A DNA stretch of 64,000 nucleotides from Octopus sinensis (lineage: Eukaryota). The DNA is taken from the NCBI RefSeq assembly GCF_006345805.1, contig NC_043004.1:9486001-9550000 (forward strand), given 5' to 3'. The notes beneath the pieces are model-generated. The model was not told the DNA's origin. It ran no database searches and saw only the letters and a list, made by a program, of their open reading frames with translations. The position numbers were made by a program, and so were the translations under genes. Below are positions 38,165-50,468 of the stretch, piece after piece; positions within the stretch are counted from its first letter, which is position 1, and each line of letters starts with the position of its first letter.

Positions 38165-38649
38165 TAAATATATAGTCAAATTACATAAAATCAATAGAAA
38201 GATCAGTGAAGAATAGAAAGCCAAAATAAAACATAGAATATTAATATCTTGTATATAATGGCATGTAAAGCTTTTATTGGTCATTTAGCACATGAATGAT
38301 GGTCAAAACTCATTTTCGTAAGAAGCAGAGTTGCTTTGACCGAAACCATATCAAGTTCGGAACTGATGGCGTTTTGTTGATTTGCGAAACGGAATTGTAA
38401 AACGTAAAAGTGTGATGGGGGGAAGTGAACAAACTCACACATACATAGATGTACGTGCGTACATACATACATACGTGTGTGTGTGTATGTGCGTGTATGT
38501 GTGTGCGTATAAAGGAATTCAGCAACAACAAGACAAATAGGAGAAAACAAGTGCAGAATGTAGCGTGATCGAACCCGGTTCCACATGGTTGGGAGGCAAT
38601 CTCATTAAACCACAAAATCATACCTACGTCTATCAACTGTGTGTTTAAA

Positions 38650-38685
38650 TGTATACACACACACACACAACACACACACACACAC

Positions 38686-38727
<42 letters not shown>

Positions 38728-38765
38728 CACGCACACGCACATATACATGTACGTATGCAAGCATT

Positions 38766-38824
<59 letters not shown>

Positions 38825-38966
38825 ATGTATGTGTATCTATGTATGTGCATGGTCTCAATTAACGGGAAAACTGTTATGTTTCTACACGTAAAATGATGGG
38901 AACAACTTATATTGATGATTTGATCACACACACACACACACACACACACAACACACACACACACAC

Positions 38967-39027
<61 letters not shown>

Positions 39028-39069
39028 AATACACGCACACGCACATATACATGTACGTATGCAAGCATT

Positions 39070-39126
<57 letters not shown>

Positions 39127-39225
39127 ATGTATGTGTATCTATGTATGTGCATGGTCTCAATTAACGGGAAAACTGTTATGTTTCTACACGTAAAATGATG
39201 GGAACAACTTATATTGATGATTTGA

Positions 39226-39284
<59 letters not shown>

Positions 39285-39292
39285 ATATATAT

Positions 39293-39330
<38 letters not shown>
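38650..39330. repeat. ~300-bp tandem duplication bounded by microsatellites
   Basis: The unique segment GGTCTCAATTAACGGGAAAACTG...GATTTGATC is identical at ~38850 and ~39151. Confidence 0.95.
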
Positions 39331-39332
<2 letters not shown>

Positions 39333-39686
39333 ACCATTTAATGTTGAATAACAAAACGTATAATGGGAAGCAAACAAAAAATAATAAAGAGGAGAAAGCC
39401 TGCAAGGATGTCATAGTGATCATGTTAGAATATGTACGACAGATAAATGGGAGAAGTCAGAAAAAGCCACAAAGATATATTAGACAATAAGAAAGCCGAC
39501 CAATCACACATGTCAAGGAAGCAGCCATCCAGCCCGTGAGCCTGTCAAGCCGTCAACCAGCAAACCGACTTGCCAACAAGCCAACAAGTTTGCCGTCCAT
39601 CTAACCAGCCAGCCAGCTAAACATCGAACTCCAGGAAAAAATATACTGAGATGTAAAGGGCTAGGAAACGTTCTGCGCTGTAATAC

Positions 39687-40135
39687 CTGTTTCTTTACTA
39701 CCCACAAGGGGCTAAACACAGAGAGGACAAACAAGGACAGGCAAACGGATTAAGTCGATTATATCGACCCCAGTGCGTAACTGGTACTTATTTAATCAAC
39801 CTCGAAAGGATAAAAGGCAAAGTCGACCTCGGCGGAATTTGAACTCAAACGTAGCGGCAGACGAAATACGGCTACGCATTTCGCCCGGCGTACTAACGAT
39901 TCTTATTTCTTTATTTCTCACAAGGGACCAAAAATAGAGAGGACAAACAAGGACAGACAAAGTATTAAGTCGATTACATCGACCCCAGTACGTAACTGGT
40001 TCTTAGTTGATCGACCCCGAAAGGATGAAAGGCAAAATCGACCTCGGTGGAATTTGAACTCAGAACGTAACGACTGACGAAATGCCACTAAGCATTTTGT
40101 TCGGCGCGGTAACGATTCTGCCAACTCGCCACCTT
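39687..40135 (-). mobile_element. Head-to-tail SINE-A dimer (tail type 1)
   Basis: A full copy (40135-39901) is joined to a head-truncated copy (39900-39687); both end in CCCCTTGTG...TAAAGAAA. Confidence 0.9.
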
Positions 40136-40564
40136 CTGAGATGTAATACCACTTGCAGAAGGACCACACCTATGTAATATAGCGAGTACTTTGATTAATT
40201 GAGAGTATCACAGTAATAAGCTGGATGGGTATTTGAAATTTAATTATGAATATATGTTGTGTGCCCCACTGAGAAAAATCGAATAAGTCCGAACGTCGGA
40301 TAGTTTTAAAGACAAGGTTCACTCGTATTTGTTGATTGCCTAGATTGTATTTATTTGTTATACAGCGGGAGATTTTGTATCCGAATCGCAAGGAGAATCT
40401 CTGTTAATTGTGGTTCCTATTTAATTGATTTCGGTCAGTTTGATGGATTTCTTTTTAATGGTTATTTGTTGAGCTTCTCCACAATAATACTCTGTTTTCA
40501 ACTTTAAGTACGAGAAAAAGAATACTTACTTTCGTTTCGACATTTTAATATAAATTCTTGTCTA

Positions 40565-41235
40565 CTGTTTAATCATTAGGGGCTTAGCTTTTAGATCTTC
40601 CAAAGTTGTGAACACGACGGGCATCGAACAATCTCCAAACATCCAGATTGTCCGCTTTCCTCGTAACTCCACTCGGGTTAACACCCATCGATATCATATC
40701 GTTCCAGAACTTACTACTCCACGCCTTCCATGATTTGTCTCTCGGTCTTTTCTCTGTCCACTCTATCACGGTGCTAGCATATCTCTCCCGCGGTATAATC
40801 AATGCACGAGCACTAAGCCGTTCGTCACTATATCCTACAAACATCAAATGCCAGCTCTTCTCTTCACCTAACTCTGTCTCAGTAAGAGATGCGAAGGACT
40901 GAATGTAGGCGGGGGTCGATGGAACACATCCAGCAATTGAGAGATCCTCGCTGTCTTCTTTCAGGTTTCACAGGAATGTCCGCACATTCCATGTTGTAAT
41001 CGTGGTGATGGTTTTAGTGGTGACGGTCTACTTCGTGAGAATCCGGGCTTCCTTTCGGCTTTGAGCCACATTCGTTATACGCCCATCCTGAGATTGTATG
41101 TCTTTACCTCTATGTACATCAGGAATACCTTGGTTCTTACTCGTTGTTCCTGTTGTAGGTAAATGTTTTTACGATCCTAGTCCCACACACAATCTTCCTC
41201 CATTCTAACCGGGTTTGGCACGGCAGAGTTAACCA
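40565..41235 (-). mobile_element. Internally deleted RTE-clade LINE (5' UTR and EN start fused to ORF2 C-terminus and 3' end)
   Basis: RTE-like 5' UTR (CTCTGCCGTGCCAAACCCGG...CGTAAAAAC), then TWNVRT (APE start), then within ~150 nt VIEWTEKRPRDKSWKAWSS..NDMISMGVN..ADNLDVWRL (ORF2 C-terminus). Confidence 0.6.
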
Positions 41236-41333
41236 TTATAAGAGTCGCATAAAAATGTTATAATTTTCATAGAGGCAGCACCGGCATCTCTTTGAATCAT
41301 CGACGGCAACAGACCAGGATATATTGATGTCAT

Positions 41334-41569
41334 TGATAAGGCGGCGAGCTGGCAGAAACGTTAGCACGCCGGGCGAAATGCGTAGCCGTATTTCGTCTGC
41401 CGTTACGTTCTGAGTTCAAATTCCGCCGAGGTCGACTTTGCCTTTCATCCTTTCGGGGTCGATAAATTAAGTACCAGTTACGCATTGGGATCGATGTAAT
41501 CGACTTAATCCGTTTGTCTGTCCTTGTTTATCCCCTCTGTGTTTAGCCCCTTGTGGGTAGTAAAGAAAT
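41334..41569 (+). mobile_element. Young full-length SINE-A (tail type 1) with 15-bp TSD
   Basis: TSD ATATATTGATGTCAT at 41319-41333 and 41570-41584; B box GAGTTCAAATTCC. Confidence 0.95.
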
Positions 41570-41801
41570 ATATATTGATGTCATGCATATGAATATATTT
41601 CCAGCGAGGACAATGAACTTTGTAATAGCATAATGTACAACAAATGCCTTGGTCCAAGATACCGGAGCATTTGTTTGATCCCTGGCTTCAGGTAACAGTT
41701 CGTTGCAATAACGTTGCTACATTAAGGCGCAATATGCGTGTCCGTGTTAGCGCATGGGTACTTAGAATATGATATATTTAATTAATTAAAAAAATAATCA
41801 A

Positions 41802-41883
41802 TAGACGAGTATTATGTAAATTAAAAGATCGTTCATCGTTTGACGATGATGAACAATCTTTTAATTTACATATTACTCGTCTA
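41802..41883. repeat. 36-bp-arm hairpin (short foldback)
   Basis: 41802-41837 vs the reverse complement of 41848-41883: 34/36 identical. Confidence 0.93.
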
Positions 41884-41967
41884 GTTTCTATGAAAACATG
41901 CAGGGCGTTTATTACAACATAATCATTATTCATTAATCTGTTGTTTATTAATATTCATATCCATATG

Positions 41968-42004
<37 letters not shown>

Positions 42005-42025
42005 TATTATTATTATTATATTATT

Positions 42026-42410
42026 GAGTGAGAGAGCAGTGCATGCTATCAAAGTGACATTATGGTAATATACACAAAACCCAGTATACACGTCACGTCT
42101 ACCCGTCTGATAAGAGTACACCAGGCACATGCATCACAACCATATGTGTGCGTCATAGAATTTTCTTCAGGTCGAGTAGCCCATCTCGCTCAGAAGGTCC
42201 CTGAATAATGGTTAAGGTTGATGAACAAAATACCCGTGTTTCCAATGGTGAATTATTCAAACCTCAAAGAATTCCTCTCAACACATGGCTATGATGTTCC
42301 CTCAATACTTCTGCTCGTGATCAGAGATGCACTTATCGTCAGCCACTAAGGGACATGTTCAACTGGTTAAAGTTAAACAACTGACAAGTAAATCTGCGGT
42401 ATTATCATCA
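42026..42410 (-). repeat. ~390-bp non-coding dispersed repeat ending in (AAT)n, embedded in a (TAA)n array
   Basis: Bounded by (TAA)n on both sides (41968-42025 and 42410-42437). I recall it as an abundant Octopus repeat, but there is only one copy in this window. Confidence 0.5.
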
Positions 42411-42437
42411 TCAACATTATTATTATTATTATTATTT

Positions 42438-43258
42438 CTCTTTATCACAAGTTTTGTTGGAGATCCAAGGGTCTCGTTTGCGTACAGGGCTTACTACCTG
42501 CAACCCACGGTACTGTGCTATCCAATCTTTTCAACTATCTAATACGTTCGTCACTATTTTGGCTGTACCAAGGGGGAAAAACTTTTGTAACAGTTCTACT
42601 GGTCATTCTATTCCAATTCCCTTTATATTCCCCTTGATGCCTTCTAATACTGTTCCCAAGGACCCAACAATAATTCACCTTCATTTTCCATAACTGGGCT
42701 ATTTCGTACTTAACAGGGTTGTATCTATCTTTTCGCCTTCCGTCTTGACTATTCGTGGATCAAAGTGGCATATGTGGTGCACTTTGTCCACCACCACAAC
42801 CACTAGGTCCGGTCTATTATGTTCTAGCACCTGATCAGTTTGGATTGGGAAATCCCAGAGGATTTTGCTACTCTCCGACTCTGCCACTCTCTGCAGTCTG
42901 TGCTCATACCACGACTTGCCTCTCTCTACCCACCACCTTTCGCAAAGTCTTCAATGCTGCACTTTCGCTACCTGATCGTGTCACCACAACTTGTAGTTGT
43001 TCTGGGCAAGTCTAGGGCATTCATTCGTAATATAGACATGGTTTCATTCTATTGCAGATGCGACACAGCGGAGACACTTGTTCATTCCTCGGGTTCATCC
43101 TCCAGTCCTTCGCCAGAGCATGGTCCTGCGCTGCCATTATACTGCTCTCGGTCTCTTTTTTTAGGCTTCCTTTCATTAGCCAGTCCCACTTAGTTTTCCC
43201 AGCAACTTCTGTAGTGGCTACATGGAATTCATTGTATAATCTCTTCTTACGTGAGTCT
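42438..43258 (-). mobile_element. R4/Dong-like RLE LINE, 5'-truncated, decayed
   Basis: WDWLMKGSLKKETESSIMAAQDHAL, KILWDFPIQTDQVLEHNRPDLVVV, IIVGSLGTV, PLGTAKIV; flanked by (TAA)n at both ends. Confidence 0.85.
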
Positions 43259-43768
43259 TCTATTATTATTATTAATATTATTATTGGTTTTCAGGATGAA
43301 TAACTAAATGAAGCGCAAAGCATTCCTTACATAGATACTGTATGTAGATTATTTAAGAAAAAAACATGGCTGAAAGAAATTAGATAAATGGAGAAGCTTG
43401 AAAACATGGTTTTTAAACAAGATCTTCCCAACAAATAGAGAAGAAAAAAAACAAACAATCCCCACCCCACCAAAACCCAAACAAACAAGCGTGTCTATTG
43501 AGGTTATTGTATTTCGTTTAAATAAAGAGATTTAACTGTTTTCGTTGTTCCTTTGTTAATTTTGTAACTGTATATATATTTTTTAAATAAAATATTCATT
43601 CATTCATTGTAGCTGATATGTCAATGAAAATCTAACAAGAGATTTATGATGCACAAGTATGCATGTGTGTGTGTGTATGTATATCTGTGCGTCCGTGTAT
43701 TATATACACGTATGTATATTATTTTATGCTTTTATTCTTTTGTGTACACACATCTTTTAGGATATATC

Positions 43769-43823
<55 letters not shown>

Positions 43824-44264
43824 TGATATATATATGTGGGTATGAGTGTGTGCATGTGTATGTGCGTATGTGTATGTGTGAGTATAAGCTTGAGTTTGTG
43901 TGTGCGCGTGCGTGTGTGTGCGTGCGTGCGTGTGTGAAGTGTTTAATAAAAGAGAGCCGGAGAGAAGAAAGTGCGCAGAAAAAGAAGCAAATTAGTTGAA
44001 TGTAAAAAAAAAATAAAGGTGAAAGGAAGCGAAAGAAAAGAATAAAAGAGGAGTTCATGTTGAGTGTGGTGTGAATGAGAGCCCAAGCTGCAGCATAAAC
44101 AGTCTTTGTGTTGAAGAAATAACAAATCGGAGAATAGGGATGGAGGCGATGGGGAAGATCTGTGGTTTGGCGGTCAGCATTTCACAGTTGGTTTAATGAA
44201 GCAGAAATTTACGCTCACATTCAGTACAGCACCTCACCAGGCCTTAACAACAAAAACAACGGCA

Positions 44265-44400
<136 letters not shown>

Positions 44401-46134
44401 TAACAACAACAATGGACAGGAGTAATAGTTATGAGATCATCAAAAGTAAACTCAGCAGCTACATCAACCACATGAAGGAAAAGTAGCGGCAGTAGCAGTA
44501 GCAGTAGCAGAAGAAGAAGATGAGGAGGAGGAGGAGGGGGAGGATAATTTTGATGATAATGGGGAGGTGCGTTGTTGGTGGTGGTGATGATGTTGGTGGC
44601 GACAAGGATCATGATAAAAAAATGTAGAGGACCACCACCACCACCACACCATCTTCACCATAACTGCCCCTGCCTTCATTAGAACCACCACCAACACCAC
44701 CACGACTGCCACTGCTGTCGCCACCACCACCATCACTATCTGCATCACCAACAACACCAAACTAACAAGGCTGACCCTACATATTCGCTGGAGCAAGTAC
44801 AAATAACTGTTAATCACATTCTACTCTCTCAAATCAAGACACACTGATCAACGGTACCTTTGATATATAATAAAACGGGATGATCATGACTGGAACGCTT
44901 TGATGGGGCTTAAACAACAACAACAACATTAACAACGTATGCGATTGACCTTAGTAAAGTTCAACCAGAGTAGAGCCTGGAGGAATACCAGAGCTCAAAG
45001 CCCCTAATGCTCCAGACTCGAGATGTAGAGAGAGGGGCCCTCAAAGGGAGGAGGCTCACGGTTGGAAGGGATGAAAGTAAAGGTTAATAAGCAGGCTTAA
45101 ACACAGCAAGAGAGTTGTAGATGGGAGAGGTAAATGGACCATGTCTTACTTCATCTGGCAACGACAATTTTTGTCTGTCTTGGTGTTTATCTCACTTCGG
45201 TACCGAGTCTACATTTACGCATAATGATACAATCGAAATGTTTTTTGCGGCCCATGGCCCGAGAATCTTTGTTTCCCGTCAAGATTAAACCAGTCACAAG
45301 AGATGAAATTGCAGCTAAGGACGCTGGCACAAATACAGCAAAACATCTCATTTTGCTAACCCACCAAATTGAAATAGTGCTTATGCATCAACCCCATAGA
45401 AAGGTTGTGGCCTTGTGGTGAAGCTATTCGCTTCATGACCATATGATTGTGGGTTCAATTCCATCTTTGGACCGCTTGGTGCATTGTATTCTTTAGCAAA
45501 GTATTTCACTTTACTTTGATCCAGTCTATACAACCATACAAGAGTTCTCTCTGAGTGTTAGCATCATATCCTCTCTCCCTCCCCACTCTCCTCTCACCAC
45601 TCTCTCTCTCACACGCTCGTACCCCACTTGCCACCCCTTGGACGAAACTGGGGTATGAGGGAAGGGTGAAGGCTTCTAAATCTATTCGCAAACATATAAG
45701 AACTTAATTAAACCAAACTTTGGTTTATATTACTGAGCCATGCTCGCTTGCGCGTGACGATCAGCTGCACTTATTGAGTGAGAATCAAGAAATACAATAT
45801 AGACTTCGGTTGGATCTGAAATCGGAGCACAAAGAATCAGATTCTATCCGACGCTATAATGTCGCTTCCAATTCCAGTTCACCTTCTGTTTAATAAGAAC
45901 ATCAATAACTATTTCCTAGATTGACACAGCAACAGCACAGGAGTTGTAGGGCCTTATTTTTATTAACCCCTCCCCACAGAAAAAAAAAAATCACACATAC
46001 AATGATGAACAGCGAAGTAATAACTTGCGGGGTTTGATCATGATACTGAAGCAATATAAAAACTAGGAAAGTAACATAACAGAAGGAGCAATACTAACAC
46101 TACTACTACTACTAATAATAATAATAATAATACT

Positions 46135-46532
46135 TATTTCTGCTAAAGGCACAAGACTTGAAATTTGGTGGGAAGAGACGAGTCAATTACATCGATCCCA
46201 CTACACAACTGGTACTTATTTTATCGATCCTAAAAGGATGAAAGATAAAGTCAACCTTGACGGAATTTGAACTCAGAACATAGCGGCAGACGAAATACCT
46301 ATTTCTTTACTACCTACAAGGGGCTAAACACAGAGAGGACAAACAAGGACAGGCAAACGGATTAAGTCAATTATATCGGCCCCAGTGCGTAACTGGTACT
46401 TATTTAATCGATCCTGAAAGGATGAAAGGCAAAGTCGACCTCGGCGGAATTTGAACTCAGAACGTAACGGCAGACGAAATACCGCTACGCATTTCGCCCG
46501 GCGTGCTAACGATTCTGCCAGCTCGACACCTT
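46135..46532 (-). mobile_element. SINE-A dimer: full tail-1 copy joined to a head-less tail-2 copy
   Basis: 46532-46298 is a full copy ending GTAAAGAAATAGG, joined directly to TATTTCGTCTGCCGCTATG of a second copy (46297-46135) that has the alternative tail. Confidence 0.88.
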
Positions 46533-46535
46533 AAA

Positions 46536-46662
46536 TAATGATAATAATAATGATGATAATGATGATGATGATGATGATGAAAGAGAAGAAGAAGAAGAAG
46601 AAGAAGAAGAAGAAGAAGAAGAAGAAGAAGAAGAAGAAGAAGAAGAAGAAGAAGAAGAAGAA
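46536..46662. repeat. (GAT)n(GAA)n microsatellite
   Basis: Directly visible. Confidence 0.97.
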
Positions 46663-47220
46663 GGCAATATCGCAACAGCCATAATATGAGCCTGTACATG
46701 ATCCCGCGCCTTACCAGAAATGGTCTTCAAGTCCCCGCCCCCAACCAGTGAGCATACATCAAGTTTAAAAGGGACAGAAAACAGCGAAGGAAACATTGAA
46801 TAATTTACAAGTAGATAAAACATGTTTGTATAAGATACGGGAGTGTCAAGGCTGGAAGGTCTTTGATTATATTTAATCAGAGTTGGCTGCTGATCTTGGG
46901 CTGAATGAGAACCACGAGATGAACAAGCACAACAACAATAAGAAAAATATAAATAATAGTAAAAGTAACAACACAAGCATAATCAGCATCATCATCATCA
47001 TCATTATCAATAAAGCAACAATAGTAACAACAGCAGCAACAACAAACACAAGAACGGGACAAGGGGAAAGCGCAGCAGCAGTGGGGACAATCGTATATTC
47101 AACCAGAGTAGTCAACGTATGTTGCAGACGCTCGCAAACCCACAACCAGATTCCCTCTCGAGCAAGGAGCCTTGGATCTAGGTTAGAAACCGAATCTTTT
47201 TTCTTTTGGTAAGAAATATT

Positions 47221-47440
47221 CTTTTCTACTCTAGGCAGAAGGCCCGAAATTATGGGGGAAGGGCTTAGTAGATTAGATCGACTCCAGTACGCAACTGGTA
47301 CTTAATTTATTGACCCCGAAAGAATAAAAGGCAAAGTCAACCTCGGCGGAATTTGAACTCAGAAGGTAAAGACATACGAAATACTGCTAAGCATTTCGCC
47401 CGGCGTGTTGATGCTTCTGCCAGCTCACCGCCTTTTTTTA
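47221..47440 (-). mobile_element. Full-length SINE-A (tail type 2) with 12-bp TSD
   Basis: TSD GTAAGAAATATT at 47209-47220 and 47441-47452. Confidence 0.92.
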
Positions 47441-47582
47441 GTAAGAAATATTGAAAGATTGAATAATAACGTACATATGTACATGCGTACTTACATTCGA
47501 AGTACATACACAGTCATATCTGCTGACTAATACCTAAATATATACACATATACACATATATGTGCATGAAGGGTCACCAGAC

Positions 47583-47625
<43 letters not shown>

Positions 47626-48281
47626 TTTATATCTATGCATACACACACTCACACACAAATACATACATGCAACCACATACGCATGCACCCTTCACCCGCA
47701 CCACCACCACCACCACCACTGTTTGTGATGATCGGTTTGAGGCTTGCATCTCTCTTCTAACAAGTCGATCACACAGCAGGATGCACACAACAAACGTCGG
47801 ATAATATTAACGCCCCACTGTGGTCGTTAGCCACTACGCTGTAAGGGGCACATACGGACCGAGCCGCCGCAGGGCAAAGAAGCTGGACTAGCAACTCAAG
47901 AAAGAGAAAAGCCTCCGCTTGAAAAATATGTAACGGTTTTTTTAGGTTTACTTTAACTGTGAAGTGTCGACGTTTGCTCAAGTATAAGTAATATCATTAA
48001 AACAAATTGAGATTTGTAGAACGCACAACAATGAACCACATGTATACACTCATACACGCACACACTTATATTAGTAACTACAGATGCGCTCGCACATGCG
48101 CAAGTAAATACACACATAAATTATTATGTGTGCGTGTACCTGCTTCAGTATGGCTACTGTTAAAATAGTGAAACTACACACACACATACAAAATGCACAC
48201 ACATATACATGTTTATATTTACGCACACACACACACACACACACACATATATGTATGTATCTAAGTGTACATGTATGTACG

Positions 48282-48320
<39 letters not shown>

Positions 48321-48332
48321 ATACATACTCAT

Positions 48333-48708
48333 TACTCTTTTACTTGTTTCAGTCATTTGACTGCGGCCATGCTGGAGCACCGCCTTTAATCGAGCAACTC
48401 GACCCCGGGACTTATTCTTTTGTAAGCTCAGTACTTATTCTATCGGTCTCTTTTGCCGAACCGCTAAGTAACGGGGACAAGCAATGCTAGGGGGACAAAC
48501 ACAGACACATAAACACACACACACACATACATATATACATATATACGACGGGCTTCTTTCAGTTTCCGTCTACCAAATCCACTCACAAGGCTTTGGTCGG
48601 CCCGAGGCTATAGTAGAAGACACTAGCCCAAGGTGCCACGCAGTGGGACTGAACCTGGAACCATGTGGCTGGTAAACAAGCTACTTACCACACAGCCACT
48701 CCTGCGCT
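48333..48708 (-). mobile_element. Full-length SINE-B with internal (CA)/(TA) microsatellite
   Basis: A box TGGCTGTGTGG, B box GGTTCAGTCCC, tail AAGGCGGTGCTCCAGCATGGCCGCAGTCAAATGACTGAAACAAGTAAAAGAGTAA. Confidence 0.92.
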
Positions 48709-48769
48709 ACATACATTATTATTATTATTATTATTATCATTATTATTATTATTATTACTATTATTATTT

Positions 48770-49250
48770 ACTTTTAATTTGTATGTTTGTTAGAATCACT
48801 TGCCGAGACACACCCAGCGCTCTAGAGCGAATGAAAGATAAGAGATGTTACAGTATGACCGAAAGTTTGGGGAGGGGAAGTGGCAGGGGCTGTAGCGAAA
48901 TATATTCGTATAATACAACACAGACCTTTAAATTGATAGGCTTTTTCTAAGGATCTGGGCAAAACTTGTCAGCACAATCTTTTGGATTTCTCGGAGACAT
49001 GGTTCTTCTGGGATATTATCTAGCTGTTTCTGACATCCTTTTCTTATCGTACCTAGGGCACCTACAGTAACAGGAACAGTTCTCGCTTTAAGATGCCACA
49101 TCATTTGTATTTCAATTTCTAGGTCCTTATATTTACTTACTTTGTTAAATTCTTTACAGATATATTTTCATAAGTGGAAACACTTACATCTCTTAGCTTA
49201 CAAGTATGTTCTTCCCTGTCTTTAATGACTATGTCTGGTCGATTAGCAAG
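48770..49250 (-). mobile_element. R4/Dong-like RLE LINE 3' end (5'-truncated)
   Basis: ANRPDIVIKDREEHTCKL.DVSV...SKYKDLEIEIQMMWHLKARTVPVTVGALG...EIQKIVL; the 3' UTR runs into (AAT)n at 48714-48770. Confidence 0.85.
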
Positions 49251-49600
49251 GATCGTTTGAAAAGGAAAGCGAGAGTGGTAGTGTTGTCTTCTAACAAATT
49301 TAGTGAAAGGTGGGTGGATGTTGGAAAAATGGCCAGTATGAATGGACCAATTCTGAGAATACACTTGTTAAAAGAATAAAAGAAGGGCTCTTGCCCTGTT
49401 GATCAGGCACCCGTGGCTTTTGTGGGGTTTTCCACGAGTAGTCTTAAAGCACCTCCTCCTATTGGGGGTTTTATTTTTTCCTTGTTATTTTAATTACACG
49501 TTCTAAAGCCCTTTGTATCGTCCTGCTCTGTCCTTTAATGTATCTTTATATTAGCCCTTGTGGCCAATAAAAGAATTATTATTATTATCATCATTATAGC
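49251..49600 (+). mobile_element. L1/Tx1-clade LINE 3' end (ORF2 C-terminus and 3' UTR)
   Basis: LKRKARV..VLSSNKFSERWVDVGKMASMNGPILRIHL is homologous to the Tx1 C-terminus at 30767-30988; the UTR ends GCCCTTGTGGCCAATAAAAGAA(TTA)n. Confidence 0.8.
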
Positions 49601-50070
49601 CACCATACTGGGAGACACGGTAACTTGAAACTCCGTGAGTTGTAACAGTGTTTATAATCTTTTCGGCCTTCTAAGGCCCCATTCTTTTAGTTTTATTGTC
49701 ACCACCTTGTTTCTGGCATTATCTGGACTGCGCTGCTTTTAGTATTGTTGTTCAGAAATACCCACTGTTTTGCAAGGGGTGCACATCAATATTTTTTTGA
49801 CTTTCTCCAACTAACAGAAACATGTATTGAAGCATGGGTGATAAAGAAATCAATATGGGGTTCGATGACGGGACGCGTTCGTTGTCGGAGAAAAAAAAAA
49901 GAGAACACTGGAGGAGTACTGACAACACTAAGTGACGACATTACCAGCGAATACATTTCCGTCTCTAAGCAGCGTCAAAACTGTAAAGCAGTCATTGAAC
50001 AACAAAACATTCGAAGACGACGACAACACCAATAATAAAGACGTGAAAGATAACAGAAAGTTATCAATAA

Positions 50071-50468
50071 CTAGAAGTATCGCCCGGTGTTGCACGGGTT
50101 GGTTTGTTTCGACCCTTTAGAATTGGAATTTTTGAAAAGTATAAATTTTGCATTATGTAGCTTGTTATTCTCTTTAAGTGAACATTTTTCTGGTTGAAAT
50201 ACACCGAAAAATGGCGACACAGAAGTAAAAAATATCGTAAAAAAATGGGATCTTCATAGAAAAAAAGCATCTTTTTGATGTAAATAATTTTTGGTGTTAA
50301 CATGGTCCGATTTGAATTTATTCTTCTACAGAAAGAAGAACAAGCCTTCTTCTATCATACTCTCAATTTTGGTCAACTTGTGCCGCAGGGTCTCGGAGAA
50401 GATAGTGTTAGTTGAAGGCTACCAAACCTGTCACACATACAGACAACTTCAGCTTATATAGAGAGAGA
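50071..50468 (-). mobile_element. Non-autonomous Helitron (~400 bp)
   Basis: On the minus strand: A|TCTCTCTCTATATAAG start, CCCGTGCAACACCGGG hairpin, then CTAG|T end; no TSD. Confidence 0.82.

Noticed and set aside
41170-41240. HDV-like ribozyme in the RTE 5' UTR
   Set aside because: RTE UTRs can carry one, but this copy is truncated or decayed and I cannot assemble the P1-P4 pseudoknot.
44960-45090. RT motif-like SSGIPPGSTL / SNRE on the minus strand
   Set aside because: Too short and degenerate to call a LINE remnant without an HMM search.
45709-45727. 19-bp palindrome TAAACCAAA-C-TTTGGTTTA
   Set aside because: AT-rich and isolated; plausible by chance in 64 kb of this composition.
47765-47981. 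GC-richer unique segment with a 70-aa ORF
   Set aside because: No recognisable domain and no consistent splice and frame combination.
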